In this document: piece after piece, positions 52,258 through 61,868 of the stretch
Position numbering within the stretch: position 1 is the first letter of the stretch
Layout: every line of letters begins with the position of its first letter
DNA from: Cyanobacteria bacterium P01_A01_bin.123
Lineage (GTDB): Bacteria > Cyanobacteriota > Cyanobacteriia > Phormidesmidales > Phormidesmidaceae
Assembly (NCBI GenBank): GCA_039815185.1
Contig: JBCBZT010000028.1
Span: 1 to 64,000, forward strand
Direction: 5' to 3'
Length of the DNA stretch: 64,000 nucleotides
Translations under genes and position numbers: made by a program
The notes under the pieces: model-generated
Told to the model about the DNA's origin: nothing
Database searches by the model: none
The model's input: only the letters and a program-made list of their open reading frames with translations

Positions 52258-52435
52258 ATCGGCGGGCATTCTGACTTACGCAATTTTGGATTTTGAACGT
52301 TAGATTTTGGAGCAACATGCCTCGAAAATCTAAAACTGCCAATCCAAAATCGGCTTACAGCTGCGGGACAGCGGCAGATTTTCACTGCACTTTCCCCCTT
52401 TCCTTCAGTGGCTGATCCCCACTAAAACCGATGAA
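52258..52435 (-). ncRNA. Cobalamin riboswitch
   Basis: Minus strand GGTTTT..GGGGGAAAGTGCAGTGAAAATCTGCCGCTGTCCCGCAGCTGTAA..AAGTCAGAATGCCCGCC, upstream of cobalt genes. Confidence 0.92.
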
Positions 52436-52742
52436 GGTCAAAATCATAGCATTTGAATCTGGCCTGCCAGCATTGAAATTCCTCTTGTGTTACCAGGGAA
52501 ACTTGCTCAAGGTCAGGCCCCCATTGAGTTTAGGTCCCTTTCAAGCCCAACACTAATTTGTAAAGACAGCTTAAGCGATTGCGCCTGCATCAATTTTGCA
52601 GAATCACTTTTGCAGGCGAGACAATAAATCGCGACAATGGCATCAAGTCTGTTTTTGGGTTTGGCGTTTGTGTTTGAGCCCCCTCAATAGCCTTGGGCGT
52701 TGGCAAGATGGATTGTTGTTTCACATTGCAAAACTGTTGAAT

Positions 52743-53213
52743 ATGATGACGCTAGACTTTCTCTTTAACGGGGCCAACCTGTTTGTACTGCCGTTTTGGG
52801 CACTGATGGTGATTGTGCCGGGGTGGGGAGTGACCCGTCGGGTCATGACTTCCTACATTCCTTTTGTAGCCCTAGCGCTTACGTATCTCTACTGCTTTAT
52901 CAACAGCCTTGACCCCGGTACGGCAGAAGCGTTTTCCAATCCTAATTTGGGCTTGTCTGATCTAGCGGCGCTATTTGCCAACGAAAAAGTGACCGCTGCG
53001 GGTTGGGTGCATTTTTTGGTGATGGATTTGTTTGTAGGTCGCTGGATTTATTTGCGGGGGCAAGACCTGGGCATTTTTACCCGCCATTCCCTAGCACTAT
53101 GTTTGTTTGCCGGGCCGCTGGGGTTGCTTTCCCATATGTTGACTGAAACGGTAACCCAGCGATTCTTTCAGCAGGCTGATGATGCCACCACGCAGAAAGC
53201 TGAAGCAGCATAA
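52743..53213 (+). CDS. ABA4-like / DUF4281 membrane protein
   Basis: VLPFWALM, GWVHFLVMDLFVGRWI, GPLGLL. Confidence 0.88.
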   Translation: MMTLDFLFNGANLFVLPFWALMVIVPGWGVTRRVMTSYIPFVALALTYLYCFINSLDPGTAEAFSNPNLGLSDLAALFANEKVTAAGWVHFLVMDLFVGRWIYLRGQDLGIFTRHSLALCLFAGPLGLLSHMLTETVTQRFFQQADDATTQKAEAA

Positions 53214-53392
53214 GTAATCAGGATAAGGGCTATTCCGAGGTTTGCAGGCTGCAATTTGGTTGTCATTGCTTGTTTTGACGGCATTTAGTTGGAATTGGAT
53301 TAATCTAACAGTTCTGAAAGACTTCACTACAATTCTTACCTTTATAGGGTTTGCTGTTGTTTATCCAATTGGGATTTTCGTAGACGAATTAG

Positions 53393-53464
53393 CAGACTTC
53401 GCCTCGCCTTATTAGTGCAAGAGAAGTTACGCGAATAGAGCGAGATGCTTATGAAGAGGGATAA
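53393..53464 (+). pseudogene. BrnT toxin C-terminal remnant
   Basis: RLISAREVTRIERDAYEEG*, with an in-frame stop just upstream. Confidence 0.7.
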
Positions 53465-53705
53465 GTCAGAAATGGAAGATGATCTGCGGACAGAGTATGA
53501 TTTGAAGAGCCTCCGGGTCAGAAAGCTAGGCTCCGGCAGAAAAAGTTTTAGTGGAGTAACTGTGCGGTTAGAACCTGATGTTGCAGAGATGTTTCCAAGT
53601 GCTGATGCGGTTAATGAGGCTTTACGATTTCTGATCAGAGTAATGCAGGACAACCAAGTTCCTCCTCCAGCACAGGTTGACAATTCAAATGCAGTGGACA
53701 GTTGA
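53451..53705 (+). CDS. BrnA-like antitoxin
   Basis: DLRTEYDL, VRLEPDVAEMFPSADAVNEALR. Confidence 0.75.
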   Translation: MKRDKSEMEDDLRTEYDLKSLRVRKLGSGRKSFSGVTVRLEPDVAEMFPSADAVNEALRFLIRVMQDNQVPPPAQVDNSNAVDS

Positions 53706-53877
53706 ATGTTGCTAATGCTGAGTTCGAGGTTATCTCCTGCTGAAAAGCTCACGCCTGGATTGCTCTAAGGTCAGACCCAGTGGTACAAATAGCAGGATTG
53801 CTAGGATCGAGATCCCGACGGGAAGGATCCGCTGATAACTTCCCATGTTCTGTTTTGCTAGAGGCGGTGAGGCTGAG

Positions 53878-55548
53878 ATGACTCATTTTTGGTTACCTGG
53901 ATGGGGTTTGGGGTTTAGTCGCCAACGGCGATCGCTGCTGAAGTTCCTCAGCCTATTGAGTGCCTGTTTGTTCCTGACGGTAAGCTGTGGTTCCACTACA
54001 GATTCTGAGTCTGCAGGTACGGGTGATGCAGCAACGGCTGACGCTGGGGGTCGCATCACCATGGGCACCACCCTAACAGCGCGCACGCTCGATCCAGCTG
54101 ATGCTTACGAAATCTTTCCGGGGATTTTGCTTTACAACTTGGGCGATCGCCTCTATGCCTATGAACCCGGCACCACAGACCTAATTCCCCAGTTGGCGAC
54201 AGAAATGCCCAACATTAGTGAAGACGGCTTGACCTATGTCATTCCCCTCCGCGACGACGTTACCCTGCATGATGGCACCCCCTTCAATGCCGAAGTCATG
54301 GCCTTTTCGATTCAGCGGTTTATGGAAAATGGGGGGCGTCCGGCGTTTTTGCTGTCTGAGAAAATTGAGTCGGTGGAAGCCACCGGAGACTATGAGCTGA
54401 CGATTACCCTGAAGCAGCCCTTTGCCCCCTTTACTGCCCTGCTGACCTTTTGGGGGGTGACGCCCGTACCGCCTGACAGCTACGAAATTGCTTCTGGCAG
54501 CTTTCAGCCCGACAGCTTGATTGGGTCTGGCCCCTACAAACTCGCCTCCTTTGGCTCCGATGCCATTAAATTAGACGTGAACGAAGACTACTGGGGCGAA
54601 AAGCCTGCCAATGAGGGCATTGACATTCAAATTTTTACCAGCCCGGCTAACCTCTACAACACCTTCCTCACTGGCGGACTGGATGTGGCTTACCAAACCC
54701 TAGATCCAGATCAAATTGCCAGCTTAGAGCAGGATGCCGATAGTGGTGGCTGGCAGGTGATTGAAGCAGGTACCACGGTGATCAATTTCATGAGCCTCAA
54801 TCAAAAAATTGAGCCGACCGATGACGTGACCGTGCGTAAAGCGATCGCAGCCATGATCGACCGCAACTTGATTAACGAGCGGGTTTTTCAGGGTCAGGCC
54901 GAACCGCTTTATAGCCTAATTCCTAACGGCTTTGACAGCTATGAACCCGTGTTTGAAGAGGCCTATGGTGACGGTGATTTTGACCAGGCCAGAACCTTAC
55001 TCGAAGATGCCGGATTTTCTGAAGCAAATCCCCTCACCTTTGAAATTTGGTATCCTTCCGCTTCCACCACCCGCAGCATTGTCGCCTCCACGCTCAAAGA
55101 GTCCATTGAAGCGGGGTTGCCGGGATTGGTGACGGTAGACATCCAAACGGCTGAAGCCGCCACCCTCTGGGAAAATGTGGAAAAAGGCGTCTACCCCACA
55201 GTTCTCTCTAACTGGTATCCCGACTACTACGATGCGGATACCTTTATTCAGCCGTTTATGAGTTGTGACCAGGGCAGTGCCGAAACCCTGTGTGAACAGG
55301 GGGCGAGTCAGGGCAGTGGTTCGTTCTATTACAGCGAAACAGCCAATCAGCTGATCACCCAGCAACAAGCTGAGCAAGATCCCGCTGCCCGCCTTGAAAT
55401 CTTTAAGGAGATTCAGCAAGTCCTCAAAGAGGATGTGCCTTACATTCCCCTGTGGCAAAACAAAGACTATGTGTTTGCCCAAGGCGGTGTCGAAGGAGTT
55501 GAGATTCAACCCACCCAGCAGTTTCTCCTTTGGCAAATTAGCAAATAA
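53878..55548 (+). CDS. Peptide/nickel ABC transporter substrate-binding lipoprotein (family 5)
   Basis: Lipobox TVSC, LDPADAY, HDGTPFNA, GSGPY. Confidence 0.93.
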   Translation: MTHFWLPGWGLGFSRQRRSLLKFLSLLSACLFLTVSCGSTTDSESAGTGDAATADAGGRITMGTTLTARTLDPADAYEIFPGILLYNLGDRLYAYEPGTTDLIPQLATEMPNISEDGLTYVIPLRDDVTLHDGTPFNAEVMAFSIQRFMENGGRPAFLLSEKIESVEATGDYELTITLKQPFAPFTALLTFWGVTPVPPDSYEIASGSFQPDSLIGSGPYKLASFGSDAIKLDVNEDYWGEKPANEGIDIQIFTSPANLYNTFLTGGLDVAYQTLDPDQIASLEQDADSGGWQVIEAGTTVINFMSLNQKIEPTDDVTVRKAIAAMIDRNLINERVFQGQAEPLYSLIPNGFDSYEPVFEEAYGDGDFDQARTLLEDAGFSEANPLTFEIWYPSASTTRSIVASTLKESIEAGLPGLVTVDIQTAEAATLWENVEKGVYPTVLSNWYPDYYDADTFIQPFMSCDQGSAETLCEQGASQGSGSFYYSETANQLITQQQAEQDPAARLEIFKEIQQVLKEDVPYIPLWQNKDYVFAQGGVEGVEIQPTQQFLLWQISK

Positions 55549-55551
55549 ATA

Positions 55552-56577
55552 ATGTCTCGCTCCAACGCCCTTCGCTATTACGTGCTGTCGCGGCTATTGT
55601 TAGCCCCGCTGATGATCTGGACAATCACAACCGTGGTGTTTTTGCTGCTGCGGGCGACCCCTGGTGATCCGGTGGATGCCCTCTTGGGGCAACGGGCACC
55701 GGAAGCGGCGAAAGACACCCTGCGATCGCAGCTTGGATTAGATGCCCCTTTGTGGCTGCAATATCTGCGCTATCTCGGTAAGCTGCTGCAACTGGATTTG
55801 GGTAGCTCCATTGCCAGCCAGGGACAAACGGTATGGCAAATTATTGCCGATCACTTCCCGGCCACAGTAGAGCTAACCCTCGGCGGCATGATGATTGCAG
55901 CGGGTGTTGGTTTAACGGTGGGTTCTCTAGCCGCCTCTCGTCCCAATTCGTCTTTGGACGCCGGGGGACGGCTGTTTGGCATCGTCACCTATGCCATCCC
56001 GATGTATTGGTTCGGCATGATTTTACAGTTGATTTTTGCGGTGCAGCTGCGCTGGTTTCCCATCGGCACCCGCTTTCCGCTCAGTGCTACTCCCCCAGCA
56101 GGGCCAACTGGGCTGTATGTGCTGGATAGTTTGCTTCACGGCAACATCAGCCAGTGCGGTACGGCACTGTACTATCTGGCGTTGCCCTGCCTCACCCTAG
56201 GTATTTTGATTAGCGGTATTTTTGAACGCATGGTGCGGGTCAACCTGAAGCAAACTCTCCGGGCTGACTATGTGGAAGCGGCGCGGGCACGGGGGATTCC
56301 AGAAGTCCGCATCGTGGTTGCCCATGCCCTTAAAAATGCACTGATTCCAGTGATTACCGTTTTAGGCTTAACCTTTGCCTCAATGTTAGGCGGGGCAGTG
56401 TTGACGGAGGTGACTTTTTCGTGGCCTGGGTTGGCGAATCGACTTTACGAAGCGATCGCCCAACGAGATTATCCCGTGGTGCAGGGGTTGCTGGTGTTTT
56501 TGTCGGCAATTGTTGCCATCGTTAGCATCTTGATTGATATCCTCAACGCTTACGTCGATCCTCGGATTCGATATTAA
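55552..56577 (+). CDS. Peptide ABC transporter permease (DppB-like)
   Basis: PGDPV, PATVELT, YVEAARARG, DPRIRY. Confidence 0.93.
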   Translation: MSRSNALRYYVLSRLLLAPLMIWTITTVVFLLLRATPGDPVDALLGQRAPEAAKDTLRSQLGLDAPLWLQYLRYLGKLLQLDLGSSIASQGQTVWQIIADHFPATVELTLGGMMIAAGVGLTVGSLAASRPNSSLDAGGRLFGIVTYAIPMYWFGMILQLIFAVQLRWFPIGTRFPLSATPPAGPTGLYVLDSLLHGNISQCGTALYYLALPCLTLGILISGIFERMVRVNLKQTLRADYVEAARARGIPEVRIVVAHALKNALIPVITVLGLTFASMLGGAVLTEVTFSWPGLANRLYEAIAQRDYPVVQGLLVFLSAIVAIVSILIDILNAYVDPRIRY

Positions 56578-56631
56578 GCACTCAGCAAATTCCTGCTTAG
56601 AATGAAGTGACGGCTCTATTGGGGCAGTGTG

Positions 56632-57225
56632 ATGGCTCAAACGGCTGCTAATTTTATGACGTTTACAGATTTTTTGGCGGACAGTAGTGGCAGGCCAGGC
56701 CCTTCGGTGCTGCTCACAACTGGAGATGTGATCACCGTGCCGACCGAAAGTGAACTGAATAGCTACCTAGCCACCGTACTTCAGATGGCGTTGATCAAAT
56801 TTGTCCCGTTGCGACTGGTAAAGACCCATACAGTGACGCTTGAAATTGAACCAACGGGGGACAACTGGAGAAATCGCTATCCTGACTTGCTAGTGCTGCG
56901 ACCTGAACACATTGACCTGATGGCTGAGACAAAACAGGCGTCAATTCAGTTGGGCATGCCTGCCCCGCAGTTTGTGGCAGAAGTGGTGAGTCCAGGGCCG
57001 GAAACCAGCGAAAATTATCGTCGTGATTACGACTGGAAGCGCCACCAGTATGAGCAATGGGAGATTCCTGAATATTGGATCATCGATCCAGTCCGGGCAA
57101 AGGTGACGGTATTGCTGCTGGAGCAAGGGCACTATCGCGAGGAAATTTATCAGGATGAACAGTGGATTGAATCGTCTGTTTTTCCTAAGTTAAGGTTGCA
57201 GGCCAACTCAATTTTGATAGCTTGA
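56632..57225 (+). CDS. Uma2 family endonuclease
   Basis: NRYPDL, FVAEVVSPG, RDYDWK, IPEYWIID. Confidence 0.88.
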   Translation: MAQTAANFMTFTDFLADSSGRPGPSVLLTTGDVITVPTESELNSYLATVLQMALIKFVPLRLVKTHTVTLEIEPTGDNWRNRYPDLLVLRPEHIDLMAETKQASIQLGMPAPQFVAEVVSPGPETSENYRRDYDWKRHQYEQWEIPEYWIIDPVRAKVTVLLLEQGHYREEIYQDEQWIESSVFPKLRLQANSILIA

Positions 57226-57255
57226 TGTTGTTTAAGCGAAATTAGCTGAACTACC

Positions 57256-58452
57256 TTGAAAAGACGGAGAACACGACTCGGCAAAGCCCTCCAGTTGGGA
57301 TTGCTGCTAGCCTTGAGTTTGGTCATAGTCCTGTCAATCATTGTTTTCTCGATGGGGCCATCTTTTGTCGCCAAGCGACTCAATCTTGTCGGCAATGCAA
57401 CCTTTGCACCGCTCAAACCATCTATTCAATCGCTGCACCAGTCTTTGACTATCGTTGATTTACATGCCGATTCTCTACTTTGGGGGAGAAATTTGGCTCG
57501 CTTATCAGACTTTGGTCATGTTGATATCCCCCGTCTGATCCAGGGTAATGTGGCGTTGCAAACGTTTACGGTCGTGACCAAAGTGCCAACGTCTTTGATG
57601 TTAGAGGGCAACAGCGATCGCAGCGACGACATTATAAAACTTGCGTTGCTTCAGCGCTGGCCGATGACCACATGGTTTAGCCTCAAAGCGCGGGCGCTTT
57701 ATCAAGCCAAACAGTTTCAAAAACTCGAAAACAAAGCACCAGACCAATTCAGAATTATCAAAACCCAAACGGACTGGAATGAGTATTTACAGCAAAGGGC
57801 TAACAATCAACAAATCACAGCAGGGTTACTGGGCTTAGAAGGTGCCCACGCCTTGGAGGGCAACGTTGAAAATGTAGACCGTCTTTATGATGCAGGCTTT
57901 CGGCTGATTGGGTTAGCCCACTTTTTTGATACCCCGGTCAGCGGTTCTGCCCACGGGATTGACAGGGGGGGCTTGACGGCTTTGGGTCGGCAAGTGATCC
58001 AGCGCATGGCAGATCTCTACATGATTATTGACTTAGCCCATGCTTCATCTCAAACCGTTGACGACGTTTTGCAAATTACTAACCGCCCCGTTATCGTTTC
58101 CCACACTGGTGTCCAAGGGACTTGCGACAATGCTAGAAACTTGAGCGATCGCCAGCTTCAACAAATCGCTCAAACAGGTGGTGTGATCGGCATTGGCTTT
58201 TGGCAAACGGCGGTGTGTGGGGAGGACGTTAGCGCCATTGTTCGTGCGATTCGATATGTTGCGGATTTGGTTGGCGTTGAACACGTTGCTCTAGGGTCAG
58301 ATTTTGATGGTGCAGTGCAGGTACCGTTTGATGCAACCCATTTAGATCAGGTTACAAATGCCTTAAAAGAAGACGGTTTTACTGAAACTGAGATTGCCAA
58401 AATCATGGGCCTGAACGTAATCCAGCTTTTGGAAAAACTGTTGCCAGTCTAG
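57256..58452 (+). CDS. Membrane dipeptidase (peptidase M19)
   Basis: DLHAD, LGLEG, DLAHAS, VSHTG, LGSDFDG. Confidence 0.92.
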   Translation: MKRRRTRLGKALQLGLLLALSLVIVLSIIVFSMGPSFVAKRLNLVGNATFAPLKPSIQSLHQSLTIVDLHADSLLWGRNLARLSDFGHVDIPRLIQGNVALQTFTVVTKVPTSLMLEGNSDRSDDIIKLALLQRWPMTTWFSLKARALYQAKQFQKLENKAPDQFRIIKTQTDWNEYLQQRANNQQITAGLLGLEGAHALEGNVENVDRLYDAGFRLIGLAHFFDTPVSGSAHGIDRGGLTALGRQVIQRMADLYMIIDLAHASSQTVDDVLQITNRPVIVSHTGVQGTCDNARNLSDRQLQQIAQTGGVIGIGFWQTAVCGEDVSAIVRAIRYVADLVGVEHVALGSDFDGAVQVPFDATHLDQVTNALKEDGFTETEIAKIMGLNVIQLLEKLLPV

Positions 58453-58612
58453 TTGCAGCGCGATCGCGTTCTCCATACCTCTAGTGTCCGGTTTCATTTC
58501 ACTTTGGGCATCATCAATTTAGATAGGTTAGCGTTGTGACAGCAAGGGTGTTGTTGATTGCTTCCTGTCTTGATTGAAATCCTTAAATTGCCCTCTAAAG
58601 GAGACATGAGCG

Positions 58613-60577
58613 ATGAGCATGCCCCAGGCCCAGTTTGATGCCCTTGTTAAACAGCTAGAGGCCTTTGCTAAAAAACAACCCGGTCGTTACAAATTCCAGG
58701 TTCGTTTATTGGCATTGCTGGGATACGGCTACATCATCGTGACTTTGGGGATAATTATTACCCTCTCCATTCTTTTTCTTCCTAAGTTATTCGCTCAATT
58801 TGAACATGTGCGGAGTACCCGCTTAATGGCGCTGATGCTGTTATTTGGCGTGGGCATTCCGGCGGTGTTGATCTTTTGTATTGTCGAGGCGCTATGGTTT
58901 CACATTCCGCCCCCAAACGGGTTGGAACTCAAATCACGACAAGTGCCCCGGCTATTTCAATTGGTTCGTGATCTCCAGCGTGAACTGAAAACACCCCCTG
59001 TGCATTATATTTTGCTGACAGATGAATTCAATGCAGCGATGGCGCAAATCCCTCGGTTTGGATTTTTTGGAGGGTATCGCAATTATTTAATTGTAGGTTT
59101 ACCGCTGCTGCAAACCTTAGCGCCTGCCCAATTCCGGGCTGTGCTTGCCCACGAACTGGGCCATCTTTCGGGTAGACACGGTCAATTTGGTCACTGGATT
59201 TATCGTGTGCGCCAAAGTTGGTATCAACTCTTAGCAAGCTTAGAAAATGCAGTTCCCCAGACCTCTGAGGGGGCGATCGCGATTATGCTGATGCTAGCCT
59301 CTATGATTGGTCGAGGCATTTTTGTATTTTTCTTTCACTGGTATACTCCCTTTTTTGCAGCCTATTCCTTTGTGTTGGCTCGGGCCGATGAATATGAGGC
59401 CGATCGCTATGCTGCAAAGCTGGCGGGCGCTAAAAATTTAGCGTCCGCCCTTGCTAGTGTTGAAATTAAAGGGGGTTATGTTTTGCCCACCTTTTGGCGA
59501 AACCTTGGTGCCAAAGCGGATGTTCAGCTCGAGCCTCCTAACCCTTACACCGAGTTAGCCATCCAGATGCAGCAACCGCTCCCATCAGAGGATGCTAAAA
59601 CCTGGTTAAAGGAAGTATTAGAGCGCCAAACTGACACTGAAGATACCCATCCCTGCCTTAAGGATCGGTTAAACCGGATGGGCTGTAAACCCAATCAGGT
59701 GCTGCCGTTGCTAAAACCAACTAAAACAACTGCAGCAGAGCAGTTTTTAGGCAAAGCATTACCTCAGTTGTTGGATCACTTTAATCAGGTCTGGCAGGGA
59801 GCTATTACCCACCAATGGCGTGAGCGATACCAAGAGACTCAAACATTAAAGCAGCAGTTGGCATCCCTAGAAGAGTCAGATAGTGATATGCCGCTTTCCC
59901 TAGCAGAACGGTGGCAGCGAGCCAACTTAACTGCTGAACTTAAAGGGGTAGAAGCAGCCTTGCCTGATTTACAGACGATTCTGTCAGATAAGCCCAACCA
60001 TCTAGGTGCTCATAGTTTGTTAGGACAACTACTACTAAGCAAGGGCGATCGCAAAGGTATTCAGCATTTGGAAAAAGTGATGATGCGAGATTCGAGTGCG
60101 TATGCCAAAGGGGTAAAGTTGATTGCGGCCTTTCTCCACAAACATGATGGCGAAGCAATCGCAAATCAATATTTGACGAAAGCGCGTCAGCAAGCAGAAG
60201 TCGTTCGGCAGGCAAGATTCGAGCGATCGCGGGTGACTCACCATCATACTTTTGTTTTATCTGAATTGACTCCCGCAGTTCGGCAATCGGTTCAGGTGCA
60301 ACTGAAGGCTTATGCCGATATCAAGGTTGCCTATCTGGTTCAAAAAGTGGTGAAACATCTGCCCGATTCGCCGCTGTATGTTTTGGCAATTGAGCCGACT
60401 GATCAGGCATTAATCGTTCAAAAAGGGCGATCGCCTAGCGATCAGCTGATGGATGCCTTAGTGAATGAGTTGGATTTACCAGACGAAAGTATTCTCATCC
60501 TCCTAGATAAGGAGCAAACGGCGTTAAAAGTAAAGCTCCGCAAAATGGAGGGAGCTAAGCTATATTCCAGTCTTTAA
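58613..60577 (+). CDS. M48 family zinc metallopeptidase
   Basis: VLAHELGH, EYEAD, DTHP. Confidence 0.9.
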   Translation: MSMPQAQFDALVKQLEAFAKKQPGRYKFQVRLLALLGYGYIIVTLGIIITLSILFLPKLFAQFEHVRSTRLMALMLLFGVGIPAVLIFCIVEALWFHIPPPNGLELKSRQVPRLFQLVRDLQRELKTPPVHYILLTDEFNAAMAQIPRFGFFGGYRNYLIVGLPLLQTLAPAQFRAVLAHELGHLSGRHGQFGHWIYRVRQSWYQLLASLENAVPQTSEGAIAIMLMLASMIGRGIFVFFFHWYTPFFAAYSFVLARADEYEADRYAAKLAGAKNLASALASVEIKGGYVLPTFWRNLGAKADVQLEPPNPYTELAIQMQQPLPSEDAKTWLKEVLERQTDTEDTHPCLKDRLNRMGCKPNQVLPLLKPTKTTAAEQFLGKALPQLLDHFNQVWQGAITHQWRERYQETQTLKQQLASLEESDSDMPLSLAERWQRANLTAELKGVEAALPDLQTILSDKPNHLGAHSLLGQLLLSKGDRKGIQHLEKVMMRDSSAYAKGVKLIAAFLHKHDGEAIANQYLTKARQQAEVVRQARFERSRVTHHHTFVLSELTPAVRQSVQVQLKAYADIKVAYLVQKVVKHLPDSPLYVLAIEPTDQALIVQKGRSPSDQLMDALVNELDLPDESILILLDKEQTALKVKLRKMEGAKLYSSL

Positions 60578-60740
60578 AGCAAGGTTCCGAGCTTGCTTTC
60601 TTTTCTTCTGCTCAGAGTCATTAAAGGGCGTTATTATCGCGATCGCCCAACCTCATAATTTCCTCACATTTGTTCTCTACCCTTAGACGTGATATTGAAC
60701 GCTGTGGATCAATCCCATTTAGTGTGAACAGGAGACACAG

Positions 60741-61868
60741 ATGAGCGCACTTTCAGAATTAAAGCGATTTTTATTATTTTTGCCTGAGATGTTAATTGGT
60801 GGGCCTGCCTACGCCAGACACCTATTTTTAACCCGTAGCTCAACCACACTCAATGAACAGGCTGTTTGGTGCCAGCTAACCCAGCCAGAGCACCCCTTCA
60901 TCAAATGGATATCAGATCACTATCCCCCAGCCCCGTTTAGGAAGTTGCTGTTAGATGCCTCCGTCGTGATCCAAGATCGCTTGGCTGGGGTCTCTAAACA
61001 CTACGATATCTCTAATGATTTCTATAAACTTTTTCTCGATCAGAAATACTTGTTTTACACCTGTGCAGATTTTATTAATGATACCGACACTATCGAAGAT
61101 GCCCAGGAAAATAAGGCGAATTACATTTTAGATCTGATTGATCCCCAACCGGGAGAGCGAATTTTGGATCTCGGTTGTGGTTGGGGCAGCATGATGAAAA
61201 AAGTTTATGGCACGACCGGAGATTCAGAAAATATAATCGGCTATACAATCGCCACAGAACAAATTCGATTTATCCAGGAAACCTATGGGTTTCGAGCGGA
61301 ATTCAAAGATCTGGTAACTGCTGAGTATGAACCAGAATCATTCGACAAAATTTATTCCATTGGATTCGTTGAACATATTCCCATCAATCAGTTGTTGCCT
61401 GTCGCCCGCAAACTGGCTAAAGCTGTAAAGCCAACGGGTAGGATAGTCCATCACTTTTTCTGCCAATTGAGCGATGCCCCTCCAGCCCGACTGCTAGGGC
61501 TAGGCATCCAGATGTTTCCGGGGGCGGAGTTGACCTCGCTGAGACACCACCTCAAAGTATTTGACCAAGCTGGGTTTAACATCGTACACCAGTCAATTCA
61601 TAACTATCGCCCGACCCTCTGGGCTTGGTATGAACGCTTAACTCAGCATCGAGAAGCGGCAATTCGCCTAGTCGGTGTTCAAACTTATAACCGCTATCTA
61701 TGCTACCTTGCTGATGCCTGGCGCTTGTTCGACGATCGCGATTTGGTCTTGACCCGATTTGTTTTGCAACGGCAAGATGCCCCGGTCAAGCTGGGAGCTA
61801 CGGTAAACTTTAAGGCTGGTCAATCTGTCTCGCAGACTCCAGAGAAGGTAGCGTCATGGATGGCTTAA
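60741..61868 (+). CDS. Cyclopropane-fatty-acid/CMAS family SAM methyltransferase
   Basis: HYDISNDFY, YTCA, LDLGCGWG, FDKIYSIGFVEH, FPG, YRPTL. Confidence 0.85.
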   Translation: MSALSELKRFLLFLPEMLIGGPAYARHLFLTRSSTTLNEQAVWCQLTQPEHPFIKWISDHYPPAPFRKLLLDASVVIQDRLAGVSKHYDISNDFYKLFLDQKYLFYTCADFINDTDTIEDAQENKANYILDLIDPQPGERILDLGCGWGSMMKKVYGTTGDSENIIGYTIATEQIRFIQETYGFRAEFKDLVTAEYEPESFDKIYSIGFVEHIPINQLLPVARKLAKAVKPTGRIVHHFFCQLSDAPPARLLGLGIQMFPGAELTSLRHHLKVFDQAGFNIVHQSIHNYRPTLWAWYERLTQHREAAIRLVGVQTYNRYLCYLADAWRLFDDRDLVLTRFVLQRQDAPVKLGATVNFKAGQSVSQTPEKVASWMA

